Position numbers and translations under genes: made by a program. 64,000 bases of DNA, taken from positions 1-64,000 of IMG/VR virus record IMGVR_UViG_3300036781_000275. One strand, given 5' to 3'. Within the stretch, counting starts at the first letter, position 1. Each line of letters begins with the position of its first letter. Origin of the DNA: a virus. The notes under the pieces were generated by a model. The model did not search any database, had not been told where the DNA came from, and saw only the letters and a program-made list of their open reading frames with translations. Shown here in pieces: positions 39,092 to 48,539 of this stretch.

Positions 39092-39799
39092 TCACAAGCC
39101 GCTCTCCGCGGTGTCGAGCGCGTGCTGGTTCGCCTTGCGCCAGAACATGGCCTCATCGCCCCGCATCAGCAACAGATGCGCGATCACGTCGTCAGTCGGC
39201 GTCATCGAGCCGACGAACGTTTTGTCGTAAAACCCGATCGGGTGCAAACAGAGCGCGCAGAGCGGATACGTGTGCTCGCCGCGGTCCTTCAGGGCGAGCG
39301 TCGGCCGGCCTTTTCGGAACACGTAGCTCACCCCGGAGCGCTTGCTCGTCTCGACGAACATGCCGAGCAGCATGAACTGCGTGAACTGTCGGTCCGTGAC
39401 GTGATTCGCGAGCAGCTTGAGCGCGAGCGCCTCGGCTTGCATGTCGAACACCATGGACGCCGCACCCATCGAATTCACCATGAGCGCGATGCGCATCATG
39501 ACCGGATCCCGTGACGACTTCATGGCGCGGCGCTTCCCGGTCGCGGCCGATTCGAGGACCATCACGCACTGCCCGGTCGAGCGCGTCACCCACGAGTTGA
39601 TCACGTGGAACCGTTCCTCCTGATCGTCCTCGGGACGCTCCGGTTTGTCGAACATGTGCTCTAGCCGGTCCTTGTCGGGATAACCGGGAGCAACGGTGAG
39701 CGGAAACTCGGTGGTGGGCATCGGACACCCAGCCCATTCGCCGCGCTCGCGCATCAGGCGCGCCAGTGCGCGGCGTACCTCATCCCACGTGACGCTCAT
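39092..39799 (-). CDS. hypothetical protein with LCLHP motif, partner of the GG protein
   Basis: A..LL..HVT..Q, SKRSGVSY, LCALCLHP, PTDDVIAHLLL...DE..FW.KAN. Confidence 0.5.
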   Translation of the reverse strand: MSVTWDEVRRALARLMRERGEWAGCPMPTTEFPLTVAPGYPDKDRLEHMFDKPERPEDDQEERFHVINSWVTRSTGQCVMVLESAATGKRRAMKSSRDPVMMRIALMVNSMGAASMVFDMQAEALALKLLANHVTDRQFTQFMLLGMFVETSKRSGVSYVFRKGRPTLALKDRGEHTYPLCALCLHPIGFYDKTFVGSMTPTDDVIAHLLLMRGDEAMFWRKANQHALDTAESGL

Positions 39800-39983
39800 C
39801 GCGGTTCCTTGAACGTGGCCACGGCTTTCCGTGTGGCCTCGTTGAATTCGGTGACCGTGTACTCGGCCGGGATCCACGGCGGAGCGATCGGACAGAGGAT
39901 CGTCACACCCCGGCTCGGCGCGTGCACGTTCATGTCGAGCCGGATCCCATCGTACGAGCCGCCGCGGAATTCCATGTCGAGAA

Positions 39984-40724
39984 TCACAGGAGCTGCCCGC
40001 CCATGTATTTCTGGATCATCGCATGATGCGTCACCCCGTCGAGCAGCGCCTTGTCATGGGCGCGCGCGTCGGGCCAGCCGCCCAGTTGCTTCAGATCGAA
40101 CTTCGTGCCCGTGTCGCGGCACTCATCGCGCAGCCGGCGCGCCCACGCGAGATCCATGGGGCGCGGATCGTGACCGCTCTCGCCGCCCGTGATGACCAAC
40201 GAGATCGGGTTGCCTCGCTCGTCGGCCCGGAGTGCCGTGTACAGGGACAGCGGCCCCAAGAGCGGCTCCGCCGAAATGAACCGGCCGCCGATGCTGGGAA
40301 TCTGGTTCAGCAAATCCGCGCGATGCGCGAACCGTTGATTCTCCACGCTCACTCCGAGCACCACGTTCGGCCAGCCTTGACCCCACGATTTCGGCGCGCA
40401 CTCTGGCCAGCGCTCGATTCGCTTCGTGAGGATCATGTACGTGTGTGGCGTGTCCGCGATGATCTCCCACGCCTCATCGCGCCACGCGTCGGCCGCGGGA
40501 TGCAGGAAGTCGCTCATCGAGCACGTAAACACGATGAGCGGCTCTTTCCATTTGCGCGGATCCGCAAACGTGGTCTTCGAGCGCGTCACGGTATCGAAGT
40601 CCTGACCGAACCGTTTCATTTCGCGCTCAGCGTAGCAATGAGCGCAGCCAGCGCTCACCTTGTTGCACCCTCTCCACGGATTCCAGCTCGCTTCCGTCCA
40701 ACCGATACCGGTATGCTTACCCAC
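39984..40724 (-). CDS. phage Gp37/Gp68 (DUF5131, radical-SAM-like) protein
   Basis: IGWT..SWNPWRGC.KVSAGCAHCYA, SMSDFLH, LTKR, SAEPLLG, GGESG. Confidence 0.9.
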   Translation of the reverse strand: MGKHTGIGWTEASWNPWRGCNKVSAGCAHCYAEREMKRFGQDFDTVTRSKTTFADPRKWKEPLIVFTCSMSDFLHPAADAWRDEAWEIIADTPHTYMILTKRIERWPECAPKSWGQGWPNVVLGVSVENQRFAHRADLLNQIPSIGGRFISAEPLLGPLSLYTALRADERGNPISLVITGGESGHDPRPMDLAWARRLRDECRDTGTKFDLKQLGGWPDARAHDKALLDGVTHHAMIQKYMGGQLL

Positions 40725-41124
40725 GCGGTGCCTCCAGCGCGACGCTGGCATTGAGTAATGGACACACCTCCGCATGCGCGAGAATCGCGCGCAGCGTCGC
40801 CACACTTACCTCTTCGTTACCGATCTGCACGTACGGTTCTCTCGGCTCTCGTTCGTCCGCTTTCCCCGTGTGGCACGAGAAAAATTCATCATCCGGCGTC
40901 AGATGCTGATGGTCGATCTCGATTAGCGGGCGATTGTGTTCCTTACCCATGGCGATTGCGCTCCCGTTTACGCGCGCGCTTTTCTCGGGCGCGCTCCAGC
41001 GCCGCGCGATCACCGTCGTTGCGCGGCGTTTTTGGTTTGTACTCGGGCGTCGGCTTCGACGGATCCGGCCGGCCGAGCGGCGTGACGCCGGGATGCACGT
41101 ACCGCTTCTGCGGTTGACGTCGCC

Positions 41125-41541
41125 TCATTGCGCTTCCGCCTTCCGTTTGATTCGGCGCTCCGCGGCTTTCCGCGCACGCACAACCTCTGAGAATGAACCG
41201 TACAGCGAGTTGCGGTGCGCCGGCGGATCATACCAGACGGCACGCCACATGTCGGGCGTTCTCGCCCGGCTGACGCCACGAATGCCGCTCTGCGCCCGTA
41301 CCGGCGTGCGATGGATGCAGTAGCGCCCGCGCTGGCCCTGCCCGTTCAGGCGTGGCCGTTTGCGGAGCCGGGCGGCCAACCGTGTCGCGCGTCGACGCGC
41401 CTCGATCTGTCCGAGTTGCTTCACAGAAAAATATCGTTGATAGGTCTGATGTTGCCGTTGCACGTGCACGCGATAACACCGGAACGGCACGATGTACGTG
41501 ACGCCCGGTGCTATGCGTATGCAGCGCCCATCGCCTTTCAC
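41125..41541 (-). CDS. AP2-like DNA-binding protein
   Basis: two repeats of G(V/I)..V...Y/W.V/A...FS pattern; SGIRGVSR. Confidence 0.5.
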   Translation of the reverse strand: MKGDGRCIRIAPGVTYIVPFRCYRVHVQRQHQTYQRYFSVKQLGQIEARRRATRLAARLRKRPRLNGQGQRGRYCIHRTPVRAQSGIRGVSRARTPDMWRAVWYDPPAHRNSLYGSFSEVVRARKAAERRIKRKAEAQ

Positions 41542-41707
41542 GTCGACGGAGACTCCGGCGCAGTCACCTTGGACCGCCTGCGCCTCGGCGTGGATGGCGT
41601 GAGTAAGCGCGCCATCTTGAGCAACGACGGCGGTTCCTCGACCGACGCGCGGAACACGATCTGCTCGCCGCTCTCGTCGATCGCGGTGACGGTGACTTCG
41701 AAGCGCT

Positions 41708-42187
41708 TCATCGCGTGCGCTTCCGCCATGCCGTCTTCACTGCGTTGCGCTTCGCGCGTGCGGCGCGGCCGGCGACGGTCGTCGGGCGCAGCAGTTTTCT
41801 GTTGCTCACGCGGCTCAGCCGGCGCTTCTCGACCGACGCCAGTTTCTTCGCGACCGCTATCGCCGCGAGTTCGGCGGCCTTTTCCTGCTCTGCCCTGAGT
41901 TCATCCGTGGCCTTGACGAAATCGCGCCGGAATGAATCGGCGGTGTCGCGCATCGTCTCCATGTCGGGCTGGCGCAGCACGGTCAGCTTCCGATCCTTGA
42001 ATTCGTCCAACGCGCGGAACAATACGTTCCGATTCATCGGAGAGAGGAACAACGCTGCGTTCGCCGGCGCGGTGCGGATGGTTTCCATCAGCGACTGCGC
42101 AATGCTCGTGTCGGCCGCCGCGGCGTCGCGCCCGGTCAGTCCTTCCTGTTTCGTGCCGTCAACACTGACGGTTTCCTTGAGTGCCAT
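41708..42187 (-). CDS. hypothetical protein
   Basis: first gene after operator 42238-42251. Confidence 0.5.
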   Translation of the reverse strand: MALKETVSVDGTKQEGLTGRDAAAADTSIAQSLMETIRTAPANAALFLSPMNRNVLFRALDEFKDRKLTVLRQPDMETMRDTADSFRRDFVKATDELRAEQEKAAELAAIAVAKKLASVEKRRLSRVSNRKLLRPTTVAGRAARAKRNAVKTAWRKRTR

Positions 42188-43088
42188 AGCGAATGTGTGT
42201 GCGAAGAGTGGAACAGCGCGGTTCGTGAGCCCATACCCTAACACCTGTTAGGATTCTGCGCAAGTACCGGCCTCGTTATGCGCCCGCGCTCAGCTTTTTG
42301 CTGCGATATTCGACCAGCGCCTGCGCGACGCACCGGTGCAGCGTCACGAGCGGATCCTCGCCGTGCTGGTATGCTCGCGACAGTGCGTCCTGTGTCACTT
42401 CGACGTTCGCGCCGCTCGGCGCATGCGTGACCCGATAGGCCGCATGCAAATAGTCGTACGCGATCGTCAACGGCTGATCTTTCCAGAGCGGATGCGCGCG
42501 GATGTGCTCCAAGCTCGGCGCGAGATGCCCGTACGCCACGCTAACTCTCCCTGATCGGCAGCACCAGTACGCAGTCGCCGGGGTGCCCGCTCCACACAAA
42601 CGGCAACCCCGCCTTGCGCAGCGCCGCGCACACCGCGTGCCCGATCTGCTCGTTCGCGTAGTAGTCGCCGCTGCACATAGCAAACTGAATCGGCAGCGGC
42701 GTCTTGAGCGCGCCGCGCGGCGTCACGGCCTCACGCGTGACTTCCCGTGTCACGTAGATCGTGGTCTGCCCAACCGCGCACCCATTCGAGAAGCGCGCCG
42801 ATGCGTGCTCGTTGCAGCAGATCGTGTCGACCTCCACGATGGGCCGATGCGTCGCGCGCGGAAACGCGTCCTTCATCGGGGCCAGCGCGCGCTTCACGTC
42901 GTCCAGCGTGATCACTGGATCCTCATGGCAAGCCGTCGCGCCGGATCATGGTGCGAATCTGCGTGGGCGTTCGGCCGGCGACCAGCTCGAACAGGCGCGG
43001 CGCGCGCACCCCGTGCTGGCGCGCGACACGCTCGACCCGCGTGCGGAATGTCGCGCGCATCGTGGCGATCTCGCGCAACGCGGCCCGT

Positions 43089-44420
43089 TCAGCCACCGTC
43101 AGATGCAACCGCTTGCTCGCCGGAATCGGCCGCGGGCGGGCGCGGGACGTCGTGGCCTTCGGCCGTGCCTTCCGGCGTGCTGTGCGCTTCCTCACCACTG
43201 TGAGACTCCGGGTTTTGGGATGCCGCTAACCTACCTACGACGGCCGCCGCTGCGCTACGCCGCCGGGCATGGTGCGCGCCGATCGCCTCCACGGCCGCAC
43301 GGTCGCGTGCCTCTCGGCGGACGTCGTACGTCTTGTTCACGCTCCCGCGCTCAGCGTTGCCTCTGACTTGTTGGTGCCAGAAGTAGGTGCCGACCGCACG
43401 ACCGAACAACGGACGCTCCTCCGTGAACGTCTTGAAATGCCCGCGCGCGATATGCAGCGCGGCCTCGATGCGCTGCGCACCCGTCTTCCCGCGCGATTCG
43501 CGCAGAATCTGCTTGAGCGGCTCCACGACGACCGTGCTCCACCGGACCAGTGGCTTGCGCCGATTGATCTCGCGGATCCGGTTGAGCTTGGCGAAGCTCT
43601 CCGGTGTGTGCATCGGCTCGACCGTGACGTTCTTGCAATTCATGAACCCGAGCGTCATCAGCGCCGGCGTGACGAGCCCGCGGAGATAATGCAGCGCAAA
43701 CTCGCGCGTTTCGGCGTTCGCGGCCAGCACGATCAAGTGATCGTCAAACGTGCCGTCTGTTGGATCCGGCAGGATGAGCTTGCCCAGCTCATCGAGATAG
43801 ACAAACACGGTTCCCATCGGGCCGACCACGATTTCGCCGGCCTCGTGGTGCCTGTACCCGACAAACCCGCTGATCGCGAGCATCCAGCGCGCCACGCGGG
43901 CATGGCGTCGCAGCGCGCGCGCCATGTTGATCGTGCGGGGCGGCGCGTTGATGTCACCCATGATGCCCGCGGTGAGCTGATCCGTCAGCACTTCGATGGT
44001 GATGCGGTCGCTCTGGGTCTCCACGAGTGCGGCCGTCGCATAGAGTCCCTTGCCACGTTCGACGTTGCCCGCGCCATTCGTCGTGTATTCCGGTACGCGC
44101 CCCTCGACCCACATCACTTCGAACGGCGGCGCAATCGGCGGCAGATCGGTCCACGCGTGATCGTCCATCGAGGTTCCGTACAGATGCGACCACACGTCAT
44201 CTGCGATGATCGGGGTCGCCTGATTCAGCGACTTGACGAGCGCGCGCGCCGTGTCGTCGCCGACGACCTCGTGATACGGCACGTACCCGCGCTGGATCTC
44301 TGGCGGGCCGGGCAGTTTCGCCGCGGCGCTGTCGCGGGCGGCCGGCCGCGGTACTGCGACTCGGCCGAGGATGCAGGGCGGTCCTTCCTGCAACGCCGCG
44401 AGAATCCGCTCGTGCCGCAC
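43089..44420 (-). CDS. hypothetical protein with H..RGHF motif
   Basis: APPFEVMWVE, FMNCKNV, LHIARGHFK, FWH...RG. Confidence 0.55.
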   Translation of the reverse strand: MRHERILAALQEGPPCILGRVAVPRPAARDSAAAKLPGPPEIQRGYVPYHEVVGDDTARALVKSLNQATPIIADDVWSHLYGTSMDDHAWTDLPPIAPPFEVMWVEGRVPEYTTNGAGNVERGKGLYATAALVETQSDRITIEVLTDQLTAGIMGDINAPPRTINMARALRRHARVARWMLAISGFVGYRHHEAGEIVVGPMGTVFVYLDELGKLILPDPTDGTFDDHLIVLAANAETREFALHYLRGLVTPALMTLGFMNCKNVTVEPMHTPESFAKLNRIREINRRKPLVRWSTVVVEPLKQILRESRGKTGAQRIEAALHIARGHFKTFTEERPLFGRAVGTYFWHQQVRGNAERGSVNKTYDVRREARDRAAVEAIGAHHARRRSAAAAVVGRLAASQNPESHSGEEAHSTPEGTAEGHDVPRPPAADSGEQAVASDGG

Positions 44421-44424
44421 GCGG

Positions 44425-44985
44425 CTACCGTCGCGAAGAGAAGACGGTGACCGGGGAGATCGGCCGCACAAGGTTCGTGATGTTGCGGCCGTCTTCGGTG
44501 CCCACGACGATCGCGCGCAGTTTGAGCGTGGTCGTGCGCGGTTCCGTCGAGGTGTAATACGCGGTCACCACTGGGCCGGATTGGCCCAGCCGGTCAGCAG
44601 AGAATGCGGCGACGGCGAGCGTTGAGTCGTCGAGTTGATTCGCAAAGGCAGTCCAGCCGGCCACGTTCACGGTGACCGAATCGAAATGCAGCGGATGACC
44701 GCTCGGGATCGATGCCGAAATCAGGCGCACATCCAGCGATGCGACGGTCTCGGTGTCCGCTTGCGAGAGGTCGACCACGACCGGGAACGCGTGAGACACG
44801 CCGACTTTCACAGTGGTCGGCGATGGCACGCCGATCGAAAGGCCAATCGAAGGGCCGGTGACATGCGCGCGATCCACGACGACACTGGCAGCGGCTGGCG
44901 GTGCGATGGGATCGCCGGCACACGCGGCGAGCGCGATCACGGCGAGGACACGGCGGATACTGCTACTGCGGCTGACGGAATTCAT
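44425..44985 (-). CDS. putative lipoprotein with cohesin/Ig-like beta domain
   Basis: RRVLAVIALAAC lipobox followed by beta-rich domain. Confidence 0.6.
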   Translation of the reverse strand: MNSVSRSSSIRRVLAVIALAACAGDPIAPPAAASVVVDRAHVTGPSIGLSIGVPSPTTVKVGVSHAFPVVVDLSQADTETVASLDVRLISASIPSGHPLHFDSVTVNVAGWTAFANQLDDSTLAVAAFSADRLGQSGPVVTAYYTSTEPRTTTLKLRAIVVGTEDGRNITNLVRPISPVTVFSSRR

Positions 44986-45566
44986 GCGGTACGCTCCTTG
45001 GGTTGGTTGTGCCGGGTTTTCCGGTGTGCAGCGTGCGGGAGGTTGTCGACCCGTAGCTGCGTCAGGGCCGTAACATAGGGGGCGAAGAGGGTGACGCGCA
45101 TCTGCTCGATGAGCGCGGCCGATGTTTGCGTGCGACGGAACTCGGTGGCGGTCATGCCGCACTCAATGCGCACGAACCGCTGGAAATTCTGCGGCGCAGC
45201 CCACCCCTCGTCCAGCGCGATCAACGAGATCGACCGGCGCGGGTTCGCTTCGAGCGCGCCCGCCATGCACGCCAATTTGATCGCGCTGAGATAGCGCTTT
45301 GGCGATGGCAACCCGAGCCGATCAAACCGGCTCACCATGCTTTGCGGGTGGCTCATGCAGAAGTCGGCGACCATGCCGCGCACCGTCGACCACCGCGTGC
45401 GCCGCGCGGCCATGCCGGCGAAAAGCTGATGCGTGCTCCAGTGCAACGCCACTGTGTCCGCGATCGCGATCATAATGCGATGCTCCATCGGCACACCGGC
45501 GTCAATCGGTTTCGTCTGGCGCGACGGCAGTCGCTGCCCGCACGCCAGACACGTTTCAGAATTCAT
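44982..45566 (-). CDS. AraC-type HTH regulator (C-terminal domain)
   Basis: SRF.RLGLPSPKRYL...SISLIA...PQNFQRFVR..CGMTATEFRR. Confidence 0.7.
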   Translation of the reverse strand: MNSETCLACGQRLPSRQTKPIDAGVPMEHRIMIAIADTVALHWSTHQLFAGMAARRTRWSTVRGMVADFCMSHPQSMVSRFDRLGLPSPKRYLSAIKLACMAGALEANPRRSISLIALDEGWAAPQNFQRFVRIECGMTATEFRRTQTSAALIEQMRVTLFAPYVTALTQLRVDNLPHAAHRKTRHNQPKERTA

Positions 45567-45571
45567 CGCGC

Positions 45572-46258
45572 TTATCTCGTTTGCTTGAGTAGTTCGCCCG
45601 CGTCGAACTCGATCGAGGCGAGGATTTTGCCGACGTAAGCATCGGTCGCGCCGCTCGTGGCGTTCCGCGCACGCTGCACTTCGCGCTGGATCCGCCGCGC
45701 GATCTTCGCGAGCGCGTTTTTTTCAGCGTTCGTCATGCCGCGCATTGCGGGCGCTTCCGGCTCGGCTGGCGTTTCCACTGCCACCGGCTCCGGCTCGATG
45801 GCCGGCTCTGGCGCTGTGACCGTCTCGGCCGCCTCCGCCATCGCGCCGACGTCGGCCGCGCTCATGTCGGGTTCATTCGTAAATACCAGCGGGCGCGCAT
45901 CAACCAGCGCCCGCTCCTCACGGGTCAGCTTGAATAGCGAAGGTGGCGCGACGATTGGCCGATCATCAGGCGTCAGCGCGAACTCCGCACCCGGTGTGGG
46001 CATCGGTCCGCGATGCGATCGACGCCAGCTTCCGACGCTCTTGGCGACTTTGAGGCACGATGTGAGCGGCAACACTTCACCGTAGCTCGCCTCGTTGTCG
46101 GCGAATTTCTTCCGTATGCTCGCCTGTAGCTTGCGCTGTTCGATCTCGTCGGGGAACGACAGCGGATATTCCGCGCCGGCGCTCTTGGCGTGCGGCCGGC
46201 ATGGCGCGAGATATGCGCCAGTGTAGGCCATGATACCGTCGATCTTGCTGTCGATCAT
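45572..46258 (-). CDS. hypothetical early protein
   Basis: follows operator 46302-46315 and conserved leader. Confidence 0.55.
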   Translation of the reverse strand: MIDSKIDGIMAYTGAYLAPCRPHAKSAGAEYPLSFPDEIEQRKLQASIRKKFADNEASYGEVLPLTSCLKVAKSVGSWRRSHRGPMPTPGAEFALTPDDRPIVAPPSLFKLTREERALVDARPLVFTNEPDMSAADVGAMAEAAETVTAPEPAIEPEPVAVETPAEPEAPAMRGMTNAEKNALAKIARRIQREVQRARNATSGATDAYVGKILASIEFDAGELLKQTR

Positions 46259-46337
46259 CGTTGACTCCGCGTTGGAAGTGGGAAGTGTCTACACCCCTAG
46301 CCTAACATGTGTTAGGTAGGGCGCAAGCCCCCCCGGT

Positions 46338-47501
46338 TTAGCCGTCGATCCCCACTACCTCGCCGAAGGGGGCCGCCTCGATGGTTCCGGTGACTGCCCA
46401 GAGCACTGGGAGCGCCGGCGGCTCACTGGGGAAGCTCCCGGCAAGGTCCGTCAGATACACCGCGCAGACTGGCGGCTCGTCCATCGTGTCGACCGCCTCC
46501 AGTGCCGGCGCGAAGTCGGTGCCGCCGCCGCCCATGGGGCGCAGCTCGACCGGCTCGCCCTGCTCGAAGGTCTCCGCCGCGTTCACCGCCGCGTCCGCGT
46601 ACACCACGTGAATGCGCGCGGGCTGTAACTCGTCGGCAATCGCGTTGATTTCGGCCGCGAACTTCGCGAGCGTCACGTCGTCAATCGAGCCCGACGTATC
46701 CACGATCACCGCGATCGCGCCGAGCTGTTCCGAGCGCAGCGACGGCAGATACAGCCGGCGCGCCAGATAGCGAGTGTTCGGGCGCGTCCACGCGTAGTCC
46801 GCCTGTGCGGCTTGCTGCACGAATCGGCGGAGCGCTGATCGCCAGTCGACTCGCGGCTTCACGGCTTGCTTTACGAATCGGCCGAGCCCCGCCGGCAGTG
46901 CACCGCGCGCCCGTGCTGCCGCCGCGGCTTGCTGCACCGCTTCGCGCCACTCCGGTTCTGTGTTGCTGTCTTCGGTGGCATCGGCTGGCGCGTCGCGCAC
47001 TTCACCCGGCTGTTCCTGCTCGGTGCCGTGCGGCTCGCTCTGCTCTGCGTCCGGTTGCGGCGCGCCGTTCTCGTCTGGCGTTCCCTTGCCGTCCTGCCCG
47101 TCTGAGCGCGGCAACCGATCGTAAATCCACTCCGACGCTTTGCCCGTGAACTGCGCCTCGCAGAGCACGCCTTTCGGCAGCTTGAACCCCGACTCGCGGA
47201 GCATCGTGTTGATCGCGTGGTCGCACGCAATGTTCCATTTTTTCTGTTCGCGCCCGTCTCTGCGCCACGGGTGTCCGCATGCGCAGTGCATCACTTCGTG
47301 CGCGATGATGCCGACGATCACGTTGTGTGATTGCGCATCGATAAACTCGGCGTTGTAGCCGAGTGTGCGGCCGTCGACCCACGCCGTTTTGCAGCTCGGA
47401 TCCTCCACGAGCTTCAGGCGAAGCGCCAGCGCGCCGAAAAACGGTTGATCGATCACGAGCGCCGCGCGCGCCACCATCATTTTCTTTTCCGTCTGGTTCA
47501 T
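46338..47501 (-). CDS. metallopeptidase-vWA domain protein (DUF2201-like)
   Basis: TAWVDG, AHEVMH (HExxH), WNIACD.AIN, VDTSGS (MIDAS), GGGGTDF, YLTD. Confidence 0.88.
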   Translation of the reverse strand: MNQTEKKMMVARAALVIDQPFFGALALRLKLVEDPSCKTAWVDGRTLGYNAEFIDAQSHNVIVGIIAHEVMHCACGHPWRRDGREQKKWNIACDHAINTMLRESGFKLPKGVLCEAQFTGKASEWIYDRLPRSDGQDGKGTPDENGAPQPDAEQSEPHGTEQEQPGEVRDAPADATEDSNTEPEWREAVQQAAAAARARGALPAGLGRFVKQAVKPRVDWRSALRRFVQQAAQADYAWTRPNTRYLARRLYLPSLRSEQLGAIAVIVDTSGSIDDVTLAKFAAEINAIADELQPARIHVVYADAAVNAAETFEQGEPVELRPMGGGGTDFAPALEAVDTMDEPPVCAVYLTDLAGSFPSEPPALPVLWAVTGTIEAAPFGEVVGIDG

Positions 47502-47615
47502 TCGCGTTGACTCCACGTTGTGAGTGTCTCGCCTGCCTGATCCCAGCCTAACGCCTGTTAGGTGCGATGGCAAGGGGAGAAGCGGCCGGCGGCCGTCTCT
47601 CCCGATGCCGGTGGG

Positions 47616-48539
47616 CTATTCCTGCTCGGCGGGCGGCTCATAGAAGCCACTCATTGCGTCGAGAATCGACTGGGTGCGCGCCGCCGCGTCTGCCCGGAGT
47701 GTCTCCGCGGCTGACCCCGTTTCACGCAGCAGCTTGGGACTGAGCGTCATGATCTCCCGCGCGACTCGCGTGCGGATCACTTCGAGGTTCGCGTCATCCA
47801 CCACGTTCAGCCGGGCCACGAGGTCCGTCGTGTCCGTGGTTTGCTTCACGATCGCGTCGCGAATCGCGGCGCGCTTCGCCTGACCGGTTGGGCTGTCCTC
47901 GTTGATCGCGGGATCCGCGACGAGTCGGTGAATTCTGGCCACCGCCTCATAGACTCGCGACCATGTGTCCGTCATGGCATCCTTCACGGCGCTCTCCACA
48001 CGGTCCGTGATGGACTTCTCCAGCTCGGCGATTTGATCCGCCGGCAACGCGAGCCGAAAATCGCCCTGCGCTGGGAGCGGCGCGAAGTGGAGCGCGAACT
48101 CGAACTTGCCGCGCACTTCGCTCTCGGCGGGATAGTCCGCCTCGTTGTACAGGCCGTTCAGGCGCACTTTCGCCTGTTCCTTCAGCGCCGTGTAGTCGCT
48201 GACGAATTGATCAACTGCGGCCTCGAAGGCTACACGGGCCTTGCGGAGCTGCTCCGTGTACTGGAAATAGTTGGTCGACGGCAGCAGCCTCCAGCCCTTG
48301 TCAGACCACGGCAGCGCGTTGACGTCGTGGAGTGCGCGCGCGGCCGTCGCGGCGGAAATCACCTTGTTGAGACTGGTATCGGGGCCGCCGAGCAGATGTT
48401 TGTTGTACCGGCCCGCGTCACGCCCCGCGGCGTGCTCAGTGTTCACCTTGTCGGTGACCTTCTTGTCGAAGCGTCGCGCCGTCCATGTCGAGACATGGAG
48501 CTTCACGGTCAGCGCGCGGGATTGAATGTCGATGCTCAT
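47616..48539 (-). CDS. conserved helical phage protein (DUF3150-like)
   Basis: V.LHVSTWTARRFD, LPWSDKGWRLLP, LNGLYNEADYP; coupled to the AAA gene. Confidence 0.6.
   Translation of the reverse strand: MSIDIQSRALTVKLHVSTWTARRFDKKVTDKVNTEHAAGRDAGRYNKHLLGGPDTSLNKVISAATAARALHDVNALPWSDKGWRLLPSTNYFQYTEQLRKARVAFEAAVDQFVSDYTALKEQAKVRLNGLYNEADYPAESEVRGKFEFALHFAPLPAQGDFRLALPADQIAELEKSITDRVESAVKDAMTDTWSRVYEAVARIHRLVADPAINEDSPTGQAKRAAIRDAIVKQTTDTTDLVARLNVVDDANLEVIRTRVAREIMTLSPKLLRETGSAAETLRADAAARTQSILDAMSGFYEPPAEQE

Noticed and set aside
43225-43240. GCTAAC half-site as a 16th operator
   Set aside because: No GTTAG arm and no -35 element at the expected distance.
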